DNA of 32,000 nt, taken from assembly GCA_024275415.1 (NCBI GenBank), contig JAJRZD010000127.1:1-32000 (forward strand). Reading direction: 5' to 3'. Source of the stretch: an archaeon. Its GTDB lineage: Archaea > Asgardarchaeota > Thorarchaeia > Thorarchaeales > Thorarchaeaceae. The stretch's first letter is position 1, and every line of letters starts with the position of its first letter. The position numbers were made by a program, and so were the translations under genes. Under the pieces are notes generated by a model, which saw only the letters and a program-made list of their open reading frames with translations, did not search any database and was not told where the DNA came from. Positions 19,245 to 27,655 of the stretch are shown in pieces.

Positions 19245-19802
19245 CTATGAGCCGTCAACAAAGACAGCCTTCACCACCTTCGTAGCAGTCCTTCCTAATG
19301 CAACGATCACAATCTGGATCAGGAAGGCTACGACAAAGATTCCAAGGGAGATGGACAACATGAAGAAGCTGAGTGACGAAGCTGCTATAGGCGAGAGATA
19401 GTATCGCCAGACGAGCCAATAGCCATAGATCCCCATGATGAGTATCAGCCCGACTGCCAGTCCATAGAGTGTCAGGACTGTTTTGACGCCCTTGCCTGCA
19501 AGGTCAACAGACCCAATCCCTCGGCCGATAACAGCTCCCTGAATCCGGCGGTTGAACCGCACGAAGAACCCGATGGCACCTATGAAGATGAAGAGTGTAA
19601 TCATCGCACCAATGAGCACTAGGAATACTGCGATGTCAGTGTTAAGGTCTTGGGAAAGCGTCCCTCTGCTGAGGATGTATGCAGCCCCAGAACCAAGGAT
19701 CATGATTGCAGACACAATCTCAGCCACGAATGTTATCGTGGCGGTACCTCTGAACAGACCGCCTATGTCAAGGGTATCTATCTCTTCGTGTGGTTCAGCC
19801 AT
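19245..19802 (-). CDS. Hypothetical 4-TM membrane protein
   Basis: 185-aa ORF with four long hydrophobic segments, upstream of and co-oriented with the antiporter. Confidence 0.75.
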   Translation of the reverse strand: MAEPHEEIDTLDIGGLFRGTATITFVAEIVSAIMILGSGAAYILSRGTLSQDLNTDIAVFLVLIGAMITLFIFIGAIGFFVRFNRRIQGAVIGRGIGSVDLAGKGVKTVLTLYGLAVGLILIMGIYGYWLVWRYYLSPIAASSLSFFMLSISLGIFVVAFLIQIVIVALGRTATKVVKAVFVDGS

Positions 19803-19923
19803 TATTCTCCCTCGATTCTAACTAGGCTACTGAAACCATCTAATAAAGCCTTGTCGAAGAACTTTTCCATACGCAATCATTTAACTTGGCACTACCAACG
19901 AGAAAAATGAGGCATGAAAGAGT

Positions 19924-20472
19924 ATGGTAAACTACTGGCAAGACCTCACAGCAGGTGCAGACCCTCCTAGTGAGATAAACGTGGTCGTAGAGATGACTAG
20001 GGCAAGCAAGAACAAATACGAGTACGACTGGAAGAACAATATTTTTCGTCTTGACCGCGTACTGTATACATTTGCTCCTTTTGATTATGGTTTCATCCCT
20101 AGAACACTCGATCAGGATGGGGACCCGCTCGATGTTGTCCTCATGATTACAGAACCTACATTCACTGGCTGCTTGGTTCATGCAAGACCCATCGGTATTA
20201 TGGAGATGGACGATGCAGGAAAGATTGATGACAAGATCATCGCAGTACCGATGAAGGATCCCTATTATCGAGACGCGAAAAGTCTTGTGGATCTTCCAAG
20301 AAGTCGAATCGAGGAACTCAAACACTTCTATGCAACTTACAAGATCCAAGAGGGCGGCCATGTCGAGGTTCGGAAAATGCAGGACTTGGGTGAAGCATAC
20401 AAGACCATCAAACGTTGCATTAATGACTATGAGGATTATTTGAAGAATAAAGAAAACCAAAAAGAAACTTGA
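19924..20472 (+). CDS. ppa: Inorganic pyrophosphatase (family I)
   Basis: NKYEYD, LDRVLY, YGFIPRT, DGDPLDV, DDKIIAVP. Confidence 0.95.
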   Translation: MVNYWQDLTAGADPPSEINVVVEMTRASKNKYEYDWKNNIFRLDRVLYTFAPFDYGFIPRTLDQDGDPLDVVLMITEPTFTGCLVHARPIGIMEMDDAGKIDDKIIAVPMKDPYYRDAKSLVDLPRSRIEELKHFYATYKIQEGGHVEVRKMQDLGEAYKTIKRCINDYEDYLKNKENQKET

Positions 20473-20538
20473 ATCGTCCACCAAAAGCATCTAAAAGCAA
20501 CCCTCTCAGAAACATTCGTACAAAGGGAGCCACATTCC

Positions 20539-21138
20539 ATGACAACAAGACTTCGATGCAAAGCGGTGGTCTTCGACTTCGATGGCACACTGGCTGACAG
20601 TATGCCATTCCTTGAAACAATAGGCGTCCAGGTCATGATGAAATACTATGGCATCAGCTTTGATGATGCGACAAAACGATACCGCACGACAACCGGTCTA
20701 CCCTATGAACACCAGATAGAGATGAACTTCCCTGACGACAAGAGGAACAAGGATGCGACTGAAGAGTTCGAACGATTGAAGATAGAACGGATCTTCGAGC
20801 AGGAACTGTTCGCTGATACAAAGGGCACTCTGGAACGGATCCACACTATGGGTTTGGACATTTTCGTGTCGTCCTCGACATTCCAACCTACCATCGAACG
20901 GTATTTTCATAACAAGGGCCTTGGAATGTATTTCCGCGAGATCCTTGGGTATCGTCCCGGGTTCGAGAAGGGAAGACATCATTTCGAGCATATCGAGAAG
21001 AGGCACCAAATCGCCCTTGATACTGTCGTGTTTGTAGGAGATTCACTAAAGGACTACGAAAGGTCGAGAAACTATTGCCAGTTCATCGGTATCGAAGGCA
21101 TTTTCACTGCAGATGATTACCGTCGCATTGGTCATTAA
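20539..21138 (+). CDS. HAD-superfamily hydrolase; possibly extends to 21195
   Basis: Motif I FDFDGTL, motif II SSS, motif IV FVGDS. The sequence after TAA 21136 continues in frame as a HAD-like tail. Confidence 0.88.
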   Translation: MTTRLRCKAVVFDFDGTLADSMPFLETIGVQVMMKYYGISFDDATKRYRTTTGLPYEHQIEMNFPDDKRNKDATEEFERLKIERIFEQELFADTKGTLERIHTMGLDIFVSSSTFQPTIERYFHNKGLGMYFREILGYRPGFEKGRHHFEHIEKRHQIALDTVVFVGDSLKDYERSRNYCQFIGIEGIFTADDYRRIGH

Positions 21139-21184
21139 GGCTTTGTGGTGGACAGTCTAGGCAAAGTACCTGATCTGCTTGAGG

Positions 21185-22177
21185 CTATAAGCTGATTTTT
21201 GCAGTTTCAGTTACGACCTTCTTTGCCGGGCCCTGTCCCTTCAGCTTGTTCATCTGCTCAAGCACTGTCATTATTTCAACGGCCAGCTCTTCAGAAACTG
21301 TCACCAAGTTCTCTTCAGGTAGTTCTTCCAATACCCGTATGATCTTTTCGAGTGTATGCTTTTTCATCTGCCTGCAAATAGCACCTTCCCAAACAGGGAG
21401 GATTTTCTTGTCAGGATGAGCTTTCTGCAATTGCTGGATCAAGCCCATCTCAGTGGCGATGATGAATGTGTCATTAGGTGAGTTCTCGATGGCTTGTACC
21501 ATCATGCCTGTAGACCCGATTATGTCTGCTGCTTCTTGCACCTCTGGAGGGCACTCTGGATGTGCAATCGTGATTGCGTCGGGGTATTCTTCTTTCAGCA
21601 GCATAAGCTGTGCAATATCAAACTGGTTGTGGACATAACAATGTCCGCGGGGCTCAATGTCAATGATCTCGATATCCGTATGCCTCCGGACGTATTCTGC
21701 CAGATTAGCATCAGGACCGAAAAGCACTGTTTCCGCACCTAGAGACTCGACCACTTCTATCGCGCTCCCAGAAGTACAGATGCGGTCTGTTTCTGTCTTC
21801 GTTTCCGTTGTGGTATTCATGTAAACGACCACTGGTGCTCCAGGATACTCTTCCTTTTTCTTTCGCAGCTTCTCAGGATTAGCATAAGCAGCCAGCGGAC
21901 ACAGAGCCCCTGGGTCAGGAATGTAGACTGGCACTCCATTTGAGAGGACTGCTGCCATCTCAGCCATGAAACGGACACCTGAGAAGACAATCAGGTCATA
22001 TCCGGTAATCTCGGCTGATTTCTGGGCAAGCTGTAACGAGTCGCCAGTGAAATCGGCAATCTCTTGAATCTCTATTCTCTGATAGTTGTGAGCAAATATC
22101 AGCGCGTTCCGTTCCGCCTTGAGTTCGAGGATTCGCTTTTGCAAATCGGTGTACTTTTTGTCCATGGTGGTAAGCAC
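21185..22177 (-). CDS. nadA: Quinolinate synthase
   Basis: AHNYQ, GDSLQLA, GVRFMAE, CPLA, VYMNT, ICTS, CYVH, AHPEC, ATEMG, CRQMK. Start is GTG 22177 or ATG 22165. Confidence 0.95.
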   Translation of the reverse strand: MLTTMDKKYTDLQKRILELKAERNALIFAHNYQRIEIQEIADFTGDSLQLAQKSAEITGYDLIVFSGVRFMAEMAAVLSNGVPVYIPDPGALCPLAAYANPEKLRKKKEEYPGAPVVVYMNTTTETKTETDRICTSGSAIEVVESLGAETVLFGPDANLAEYVRRHTDIEIIDIEPRGHCYVHNQFDIAQLMLLKEEYPDAITIAHPECPPEVQEAADIIGSTGMMVQAIENSPNDTFIIATEMGLIQQLQKAHPDKKILPVWEGAICRQMKKHTLEKIIRVLEELPEENLVTVSEELAVEIMTVLEQMNKLKGQGPAKKVVTETAKISL

Positions 22178-22199
22178 CCTGCAAAGCTATCCGCCTTGC

Positions 22200-22216
22200 T
22201 TTATAATGGAATTCCA
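22200..22216 (-). promoter_or_regulatory. nadA TATA box (TTATAAA) with an abutting 10-bp palindrome TGGAATTCCA
   Basis: Minus-strand TTATAAA at 22200-22206, about 23-35 nt upstream of the nadA starts; palindrome at 22207-22216. Confidence 0.4.
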
Positions 22217-22353
22217 ATCGGCAAATGATGGTTCTGTGTTTATCAACCGGCAACTTTTGCCTGTGTTTCATGGCGCATGTATGATGTTTCAGGTTGATTT
22301 AAGAGGAATAGGAAATAGAATGGCATTACCTCAGATATGGTGGACTTGAAAAT

Positions 22354-23400
22354 ATGAAAGTGGCGATTGTATCAGGTAACACTTCATCAATGATAGAAGA
22401 CGCAGATACAATTGCAGAGTTTCTCAACAACGGGAGCTTCGAGATTGTCAAGAGGGGGACAGTCAGTGCGAGTTCCAAGAGTATCGGACGGGAACTAACA
22501 AAATATACACCTGACATCTTAATTGTGATCGGCTCGGACAGGACACTGTTGAATGTGCTTCTTTCGTTGGGAGAGGTATCAGTCCCTGTTCTGCCGGTGG
22601 CTTCGAGGGGACATCCAGGTTTCCTGTTCGATGTCACATCATCGGACTTTGAACAGATTGTTGATGACATCTCCGAACACAAATGGACTGAAGAACGACG
22701 TACCAGATTCGTTGCAAGTATCGGTAAAAAAAAGACGCCTCCATTCCTCAACGAGATAGCTATCTTTCCCCGGAGGACTGCCACATTGCTTCGATATTCG
22801 CTCTTTCTTGATGACGAGGAATTCTGGCGAGATGGGAGTGATGGTGTGATCGTATCGACTCCCACAGGTAGCACGGCATATGCGATGAGTGGAGGAGGCC
22901 CTATCATTCTGCACCCGGCATGTGTCTTCAATATCGTATCGGTGAACAGCGGCAACCCCGCCCGGAAACCTCTAGTAGTCCCAGATGACATCCGTGTTGA
23001 GATCCGCAACCTTACGAGTTCCGTGTCAATAGATGCAGTTGTTGACGGGCAAACTAGACTCCCTGTGAAAGAGGGCAATGTTGTGTTCCAAAAATCACAT
23101 GCTGATGCAGTATTTGTCAAGTTCACTGATGAGAGAGTAGCAGCGCTTCATGGTAAGTTGATGAGAAAAACTGAGGTTCGAGATGAAAGAGCTTCAGACC
23201 TTCCACCAAGCGCGAAACTTGTGTTGAAAGTCCTTGAATACCAAGGGTCGATGACCCAGAAGCAGATAATTGACGAAACCAATCTACCCCCAAGGACTGT
23301 TAGATATGCTCTGTCCCTCCTAGTTTCAGAGAATCTTGTGAAAAAACAGATTTCGCTTCGAGACAGCAGGCAGGCTCTTTATGCAATCAAAGAGGGATAA
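22354..23400 (+). CDS. nadK: NAD(+)/NADH kinase fused to a C-terminal winged helix-turn-helix domain
   Basis: GSDRT (GGDGT variant), GHPGFL, LNEI, DGVIVSTPTGSTAYAMSGGGP; C-terminal LPPSAKLVLKVL...TQKQI...RTVRYAL...DSRQALY wHTH. Confidence 0.85.
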   Translation: MKVAIVSGNTSSMIEDADTIAEFLNNGSFEIVKRGTVSASSKSIGRELTKYTPDILIVIGSDRTLLNVLLSLGEVSVPVLPVASRGHPGFLFDVTSSDFEQIVDDISEHKWTEERRTRFVASIGKKKTPPFLNEIAIFPRRTATLLRYSLFLDDEEFWRDGSDGVIVSTPTGSTAYAMSGGGPIILHPACVFNIVSVNSGNPARKPLVVPDDIRVEIRNLTSSVSIDAVVDGQTRLPVKEGNVVFQKSHADAVFVKFTDERVAALHGKLMRKTEVRDERASDLPPSAKLVLKVLEYQGSMTQKQIIDETNLPPRTVRYALSLLVSENLVKKQISLRDSRQALYAIKEG

Positions 23401-23429
23401 TTCCCATTGCTGACTGATGATGTGGTTAT

Positions 23430-25571
23430 ATGAATGATGTGAAAGACCTGATACCAAAAACTGAGAACCCAGTGATCCTTGACTTGTTCTCAAATGTGCT
23501 TCGGTCAATGGAATTGATACTAGCAGGGAAGTCATCTGACGAAACCGGGCCATTTAACGAGCCAATCGAATTGCTTTCCTACGCACTCGCAAAAAAAGCT
23601 TCATATGATCTTGAAAAATTCACGACAGCGACCTCAACGGACAAGAGGCTTTCCCTCATATTTAGGAACGCTCTTGATGGTGGCTCTGCCGGGAAGATTG
23701 TAGAAAGCTTGATCCTCGGGACTTATGGGTTCGTTCTCGGCTCCTACAATGATGAGGATTTCAGGTATCTCTATCGCTACACTCTGAAGTTGCAAAGGGG
23801 ATCTCGTAAATTTCAGGATTGGATAAAGAGGGCTCTTTGCTTTGTTGTGGCAATCCAGCACTCGTATCCACAGGAGGTTCTTCATCAAATCAGGGAGTGG
23901 ATCAGGTTCCTAGGGGCACCACTCTATCCTCCATCTGATTTCCAAGACCACTGTGCCACATTTGGCATTGACATCGAACCCATACTTTCTGATGACGAAT
24001 ATCGCTCGGTGCTGTCGCTGCGTTCCCGTCCTGAATACCTGGAGGAGGCAATCCTAAACCGTCCCTTCGATGAAGTGTACAGATCCCTGAAATCGTGGAC
24101 GCCTGATGGACTCCTACGCGATGCTTACAAGATTTCTGAGAAGCGGATGTACGAGAAGTTACAAGACCATATCAACGATGATATGAGCATCGCACAAGTA
24201 CTCGAGGTCTCAGAGCAGTTCTTCAGACAGAAAGGGTTCCAGGTCGATGACTCTACCGCGATTCCTGTGAAGCTTCAAAGGCTCTCCCGACCGCCTCCGC
24301 CAGATGTGATGGATCCTGCAATCTTTGAGCGGATACCACAGAAATTACGTGTCAACCTACTTCCTGCCGTCACATATTCCACCTCGATAAAGGAAGTCGA
24401 GATTATCTTTCTCGGCGGGCCTAGAATTGGACGAAGTGGTATCCTAATCAAGACCTCAACTGGAGGTGTTCTCCTTGACTATGGTATGTCAGTAGCTAAT
24501 CAAATGATTCCGGAATGGGTTCCCGAACTTGAAACCATCGATACGATCTTGGTGTCTCACAGCCACTTGGATCACGTTGGCGGTCTGCCAATTATCTATG
24601 ACACCTTTGAAGGCAAGTGGTGTAGCACAGGCATCACTGGGGCAGTCACAATGAAACTTCTTGAAGATGCCCTGAAAATCGGAACTCCCCTCCCTCCGAG
24701 AAAGACAGACACGCTGGATAGGGTGTCACGCTTTACGAAAGACAATGTAGAGGTGGTTTCTCGAAGCCATGTGACCCTCGAAGTCGGCTCATCCAGCGAG
24801 TTGGCTCCAGGGATACTCGTGACTCCGGTTGACGCATGTCACATCCCCGGCAGTGTGGCATATCTCCTAGACATTGAAGGGCTCAAGATACTGTACACCG
24901 GCGACTTCAACCTCGACCAGTCCGTCCTTTTCCCAGGTGCTTCATTCCCCACTGACCCCGATGTGTTGATCTTCGATGGCACCTATTGGAGTAGGGAGGA
25001 CTTTGATAGGGCTAAGGTCTCTCAACAACTGATGAATATTATCGAGAACTATGGTCCGGTCATCATCCCAACCTTTGCAGTGGGACGCTCTCAAGAAATC
25101 CTGACGATACTTGACAAGCTCGGCATCACGAACACCAGAAACGTGATGGTAGCGGGGATGGCAGAGGCAGTGACCAAGATGACAGGCTTCAAAGGAAAAT
25201 GGCATGGACTGAAGAAGAACAAGGTCAATCTGGAAGAGGAGGATGTTCTTGTGGCTGGTGGAGGCATGATGGACGGAGGTTTCGCAAAACACCATTTCGA
25301 GCAGCACCGTGACAATAGTAAGGCAGCGGTCGTCCTCTGTGGATACCTTGCTCCACGAACTGCAGGATGGAATCTTATTCATGGTTATGAACCACATCAA
25401 TGCCATGTGGAATATGCCCGACTAAGCGCTCATTCGTCGGCATCGAGGCTTGGTGACTATATAGGATCCTGTAAAGGAAAGCGGATCATGGTTCATACTC
25501 CAGTTGCTACAACACCGAAGAATCTGACAATCCCACGATTAGAGGAACGGATAAGGCTCAAGGTGCCCTAG
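23430..25571 (+). CDS. Beta-CASP metallo-beta-lactamase nuclease (CPSF/RNase J-like) with a ~320-aa unrecognised N-terminal domain
   Basis: LLDYG, SHSHLDH, CHIPGS, YTGDF, DGTY, GRSQE, SAHS, VHT. Confidence 0.85.
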   Translation: MNDVKDLIPKTENPVILDLFSNVLRSMELILAGKSSDETGPFNEPIELLSYALAKKASYDLEKFTTATSTDKRLSLIFRNALDGGSAGKIVESLILGTYGFVLGSYNDEDFRYLYRYTLKLQRGSRKFQDWIKRALCFVVAIQHSYPQEVLHQIREWIRFLGAPLYPPSDFQDHCATFGIDIEPILSDDEYRSVLSLRSRPEYLEEAILNRPFDEVYRSLKSWTPDGLLRDAYKISEKRMYEKLQDHINDDMSIAQVLEVSEQFFRQKGFQVDDSTAIPVKLQRLSRPPPPDVMDPAIFERIPQKLRVNLLPAVTYSTSIKEVEIIFLGGPRIGRSGILIKTSTGGVLLDYGMSVANQMIPEWVPELETIDTILVSHSHLDHVGGLPIIYDTFEGKWCSTGITGAVTMKLLEDALKIGTPLPPRKTDTLDRVSRFTKDNVEVVSRSHVTLEVGSSSELAPGILVTPVDACHIPGSVAYLLDIEGLKILYTGDFNLDQSVLFPGASFPTDPDVLIFDGTYWSREDFDRAKVSQQLMNIIENYGPVIIPTFAVGRSQEILTILDKLGITNTRNVMVAGMAEAVTKMTGFKGKWHGLKKNKVNLEEEDVLVAGGGMMDGGFAKHHFEQHRDNSKAAVVLCGYLAPRTAGWNLIHGYEPHQCHVEYARLSAHSSASRLGDYIGSCKGKRIMVHTPVATTPKNLTIPRLEERIRLKVP

Positions 25572-27538
25572 GCTACTATTTCAAGTACACCATCCAAGAC
25601 GAGCATTGTAGCAACGAATTTCATGGCTGCAAAGCTTAGCTTCAGCTTCTTCACTATATCCCCCAGTGGAGTTTTTCCATCACAAAGATTCACGAATTTG
25701 ATGACGATTGGGCCGTAAGGTTTCACATGTTTCTCAGGATCTGGCTCTGATATCTTCTTCAGAATGACACTAGTATCCAAATCGACTTGGAAAGTGATCC
25801 AATCAAACTTCTTCATTATCTGGAGACAGCCGAGAACCTTTTCACGGGGGAGGTCAAGAGAACGCACCAATCCTCCCACAGTCAGTGTGCCATCAATAGC
25901 AGTCTTTACTTCAACAAGAGACCGTCCAACGTCCCTATTGGCAAATGGGAGTCCCCGTCCTGCTTCGCGTGCTCGAACCATATAGTCCAAGCTGATAGGA
26001 ACCAGTGGGATTTCACCGAGTACGTTGAAGACGGATGTTTCAAAGACGGTCATATCCCCATTCCAATCAGCCCAAATTTCATGGAACATATCTTCAATCT
26101 CAACTAGAAGGCCAGCCATCTTCTGACGGTATAATTCTTCTTCATTGTCATTTGTCACGATGAGAGCAAGTACGAAATGCTTTGATTTTTCCACCATGAC
26201 AAGATTCCCTTCATGCTCGATGGTTTCCAAGGCATCAGTGGCGTCTGTGGTTCCTTCTGCGGATGGGTCGATTCCACCAAAGGAATCAAGAGCAGAAATC
26301 AGGGATGCTACCGAGTTCACATCAATCATGTTGTCTGAGTAGTCTAGGTGATAGACAACATTGAACATACCATTTTGTTGGATCAGGAGTATCAAGCTTA
26401 TGACTTTGGTTGGCAATTGGATTGGCTCGACTTCAGAAGCTACTGTGCCATCAGAAGAGGACTCGATGGCGGTATCACTGTCGCCTACTTCTGAAGCTAG
26501 CGGGATGCCACTGGGTTCGTGTGAAGAGGGTGCTTCTCGTCCTGTGTCTGACCCGTCCTCCTGATAGGGAACTGTTTCATAACCACTCTGATCATGAGGA
26601 GTCCTAGCAGAATCCATCCCCGCCTTGTCAACATCCTCGGTCTTTCGGCGAACGGTAATCATCTCACTGATTGGTCGATCGGGGAGTTGAACCCCTACGG
26701 TCTTTGCAGCCACTTCCAACATGAAGCGGATGAACTCCTCTCGTCGGGATTTGTTCGTTGCGACCATGGGAAATGTAGGAGCTCCTAGAAGTCGTTTGAT
26801 CTTCTCAGCTCTCATTGATTCAGGGAGATCCTGCTTATTTGCCACAATGAACAAGGGGACTGCCGGAGCCTCTTTCTTGATATTCCTGAGAAGCGTCTTG
26901 GTCTGCATCACATTTCGAAAAGAGCTATCAGTGATGAGGAATATCACATCGGTTCCCTGGAAATAGAAGCTCCAGAGGTCTTGAAAGACTGCCTGTCCTG
27001 CAAAGTCCCAGATTGTAACCAAAAAAGTGCCGAACTGAATTGTTTCAGACGAGTCCACTGCAACATTGATTGTAGGCACATACCCACCGGGAGCTGGCTC
27101 CCTCCCAAAAAGGAGGCGAAGCAGAGTACTCTTCCCGACACCACCACTTCCAACGAAGGAAATCTTGAAACGGGTGAAAATGAGCTCACCAAGGATGTCC
27201 TCAATGTTGTCCTTGATATAGCTCATCGAGTTGCCTCTCAGCGCGGTGGCGACACGTGCAGAGCCTTCACGAATCTTGTATTGAATCACACGATCCTCAT
27301 CCCGTCCATCAGTGACGAATAGAAGAAGCAGGTCATCACTGACTGGAGCGTGAAATACCTTATGAACCTCGCTCACGAAGACAGGTGTGTCAGGGGACAG
27401 ACCTTCTGTGGTATGTAAGTCGTGGTATCCCCGTAGGAATTCTTGGATGTCCTCCTGCCCGAACTCGATCTTCCAGAACCTTGACCTCACCACAATGTCC
27501 CCAGTTTCAGTTTCTATCAGTATGACATTATGGATCAT
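25568..27538 (-). CDS. Multidomain Arf-like small GTPase: longin-like / GTPase / acidic linker / longin-like / tandem winged helix
   Basis: G1 GSGGVGKST, G2 YVPT, G3 WDFAGQ, Arf-like WSFYF, G4 NKQD. The longin and wHTH calls rest on sequence pattern only. Confidence 0.85.
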   Translation of the reverse strand: MIHNVILIETETGDIVVRSRFWKIEFGQEDIQEFLRGYHDLHTTEGLSPDTPVFVSEVHKVFHAPVSDDLLLLFVTDGRDEDRVIQYKIREGSARVATALRGNSMSYIKDNIEDILGELIFTRFKISFVGSGGVGKSTLLRLLFGREPAPGGYVPTINVAVDSSETIQFGTFLVTIWDFAGQAVFQDLWSFYFQGTDVIFLITDSSFRNVMQTKTLLRNIKKEAPAVPLFIVANKQDLPESMRAEKIKRLLGAPTFPMVATNKSRREEFIRFMLEVAAKTVGVQLPDRPISEMITVRRKTEDVDKAGMDSARTPHDQSGYETVPYQEDGSDTGREAPSSHEPSGIPLASEVGDSDTAIESSSDGTVASEVEPIQLPTKVISLILLIQQNGMFNVVYHLDYSDNMIDVNSVASLISALDSFGGIDPSAEGTTDATDALETIEHEGNLVMVEKSKHFVLALIVTNDNEEELYRQKMAGLLVEIEDMFHEIWADWNGDMTVFETSVFNVLGEIPLVPISLDYMVRAREAGRGLPFANRDVGRSLVEVKTAIDGTLTVGGLVRSLDLPREKVLGCLQIMKKFDWITFQVDLDTSVILKKISEPDPEKHVKPYGPIVIKFVNLCDGKTPLGDIVKKLKLSFAAMKFVATMLVLDGVLEIVA

Positions 27539-27655
27539 TCATTGTTCACCTATCTTCTTGGATTCGATTGCGCTCAAAACGTATATTCAACTGTTCTAGT
27601 AAAACTATCCTAATAATCCACAAGATAGACTATGAAGCTTTGGTCGATGTACCTT

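Noticed and set aside
7661-21195. Genome-wide reassignment of TAA as a sense codon
   Set aside because: TAA cleanly ends other genes at their expected C-termini (2662, 6933, 23400, 31846), so the isolated in-frame TAAs are better explained as mutations or errors.
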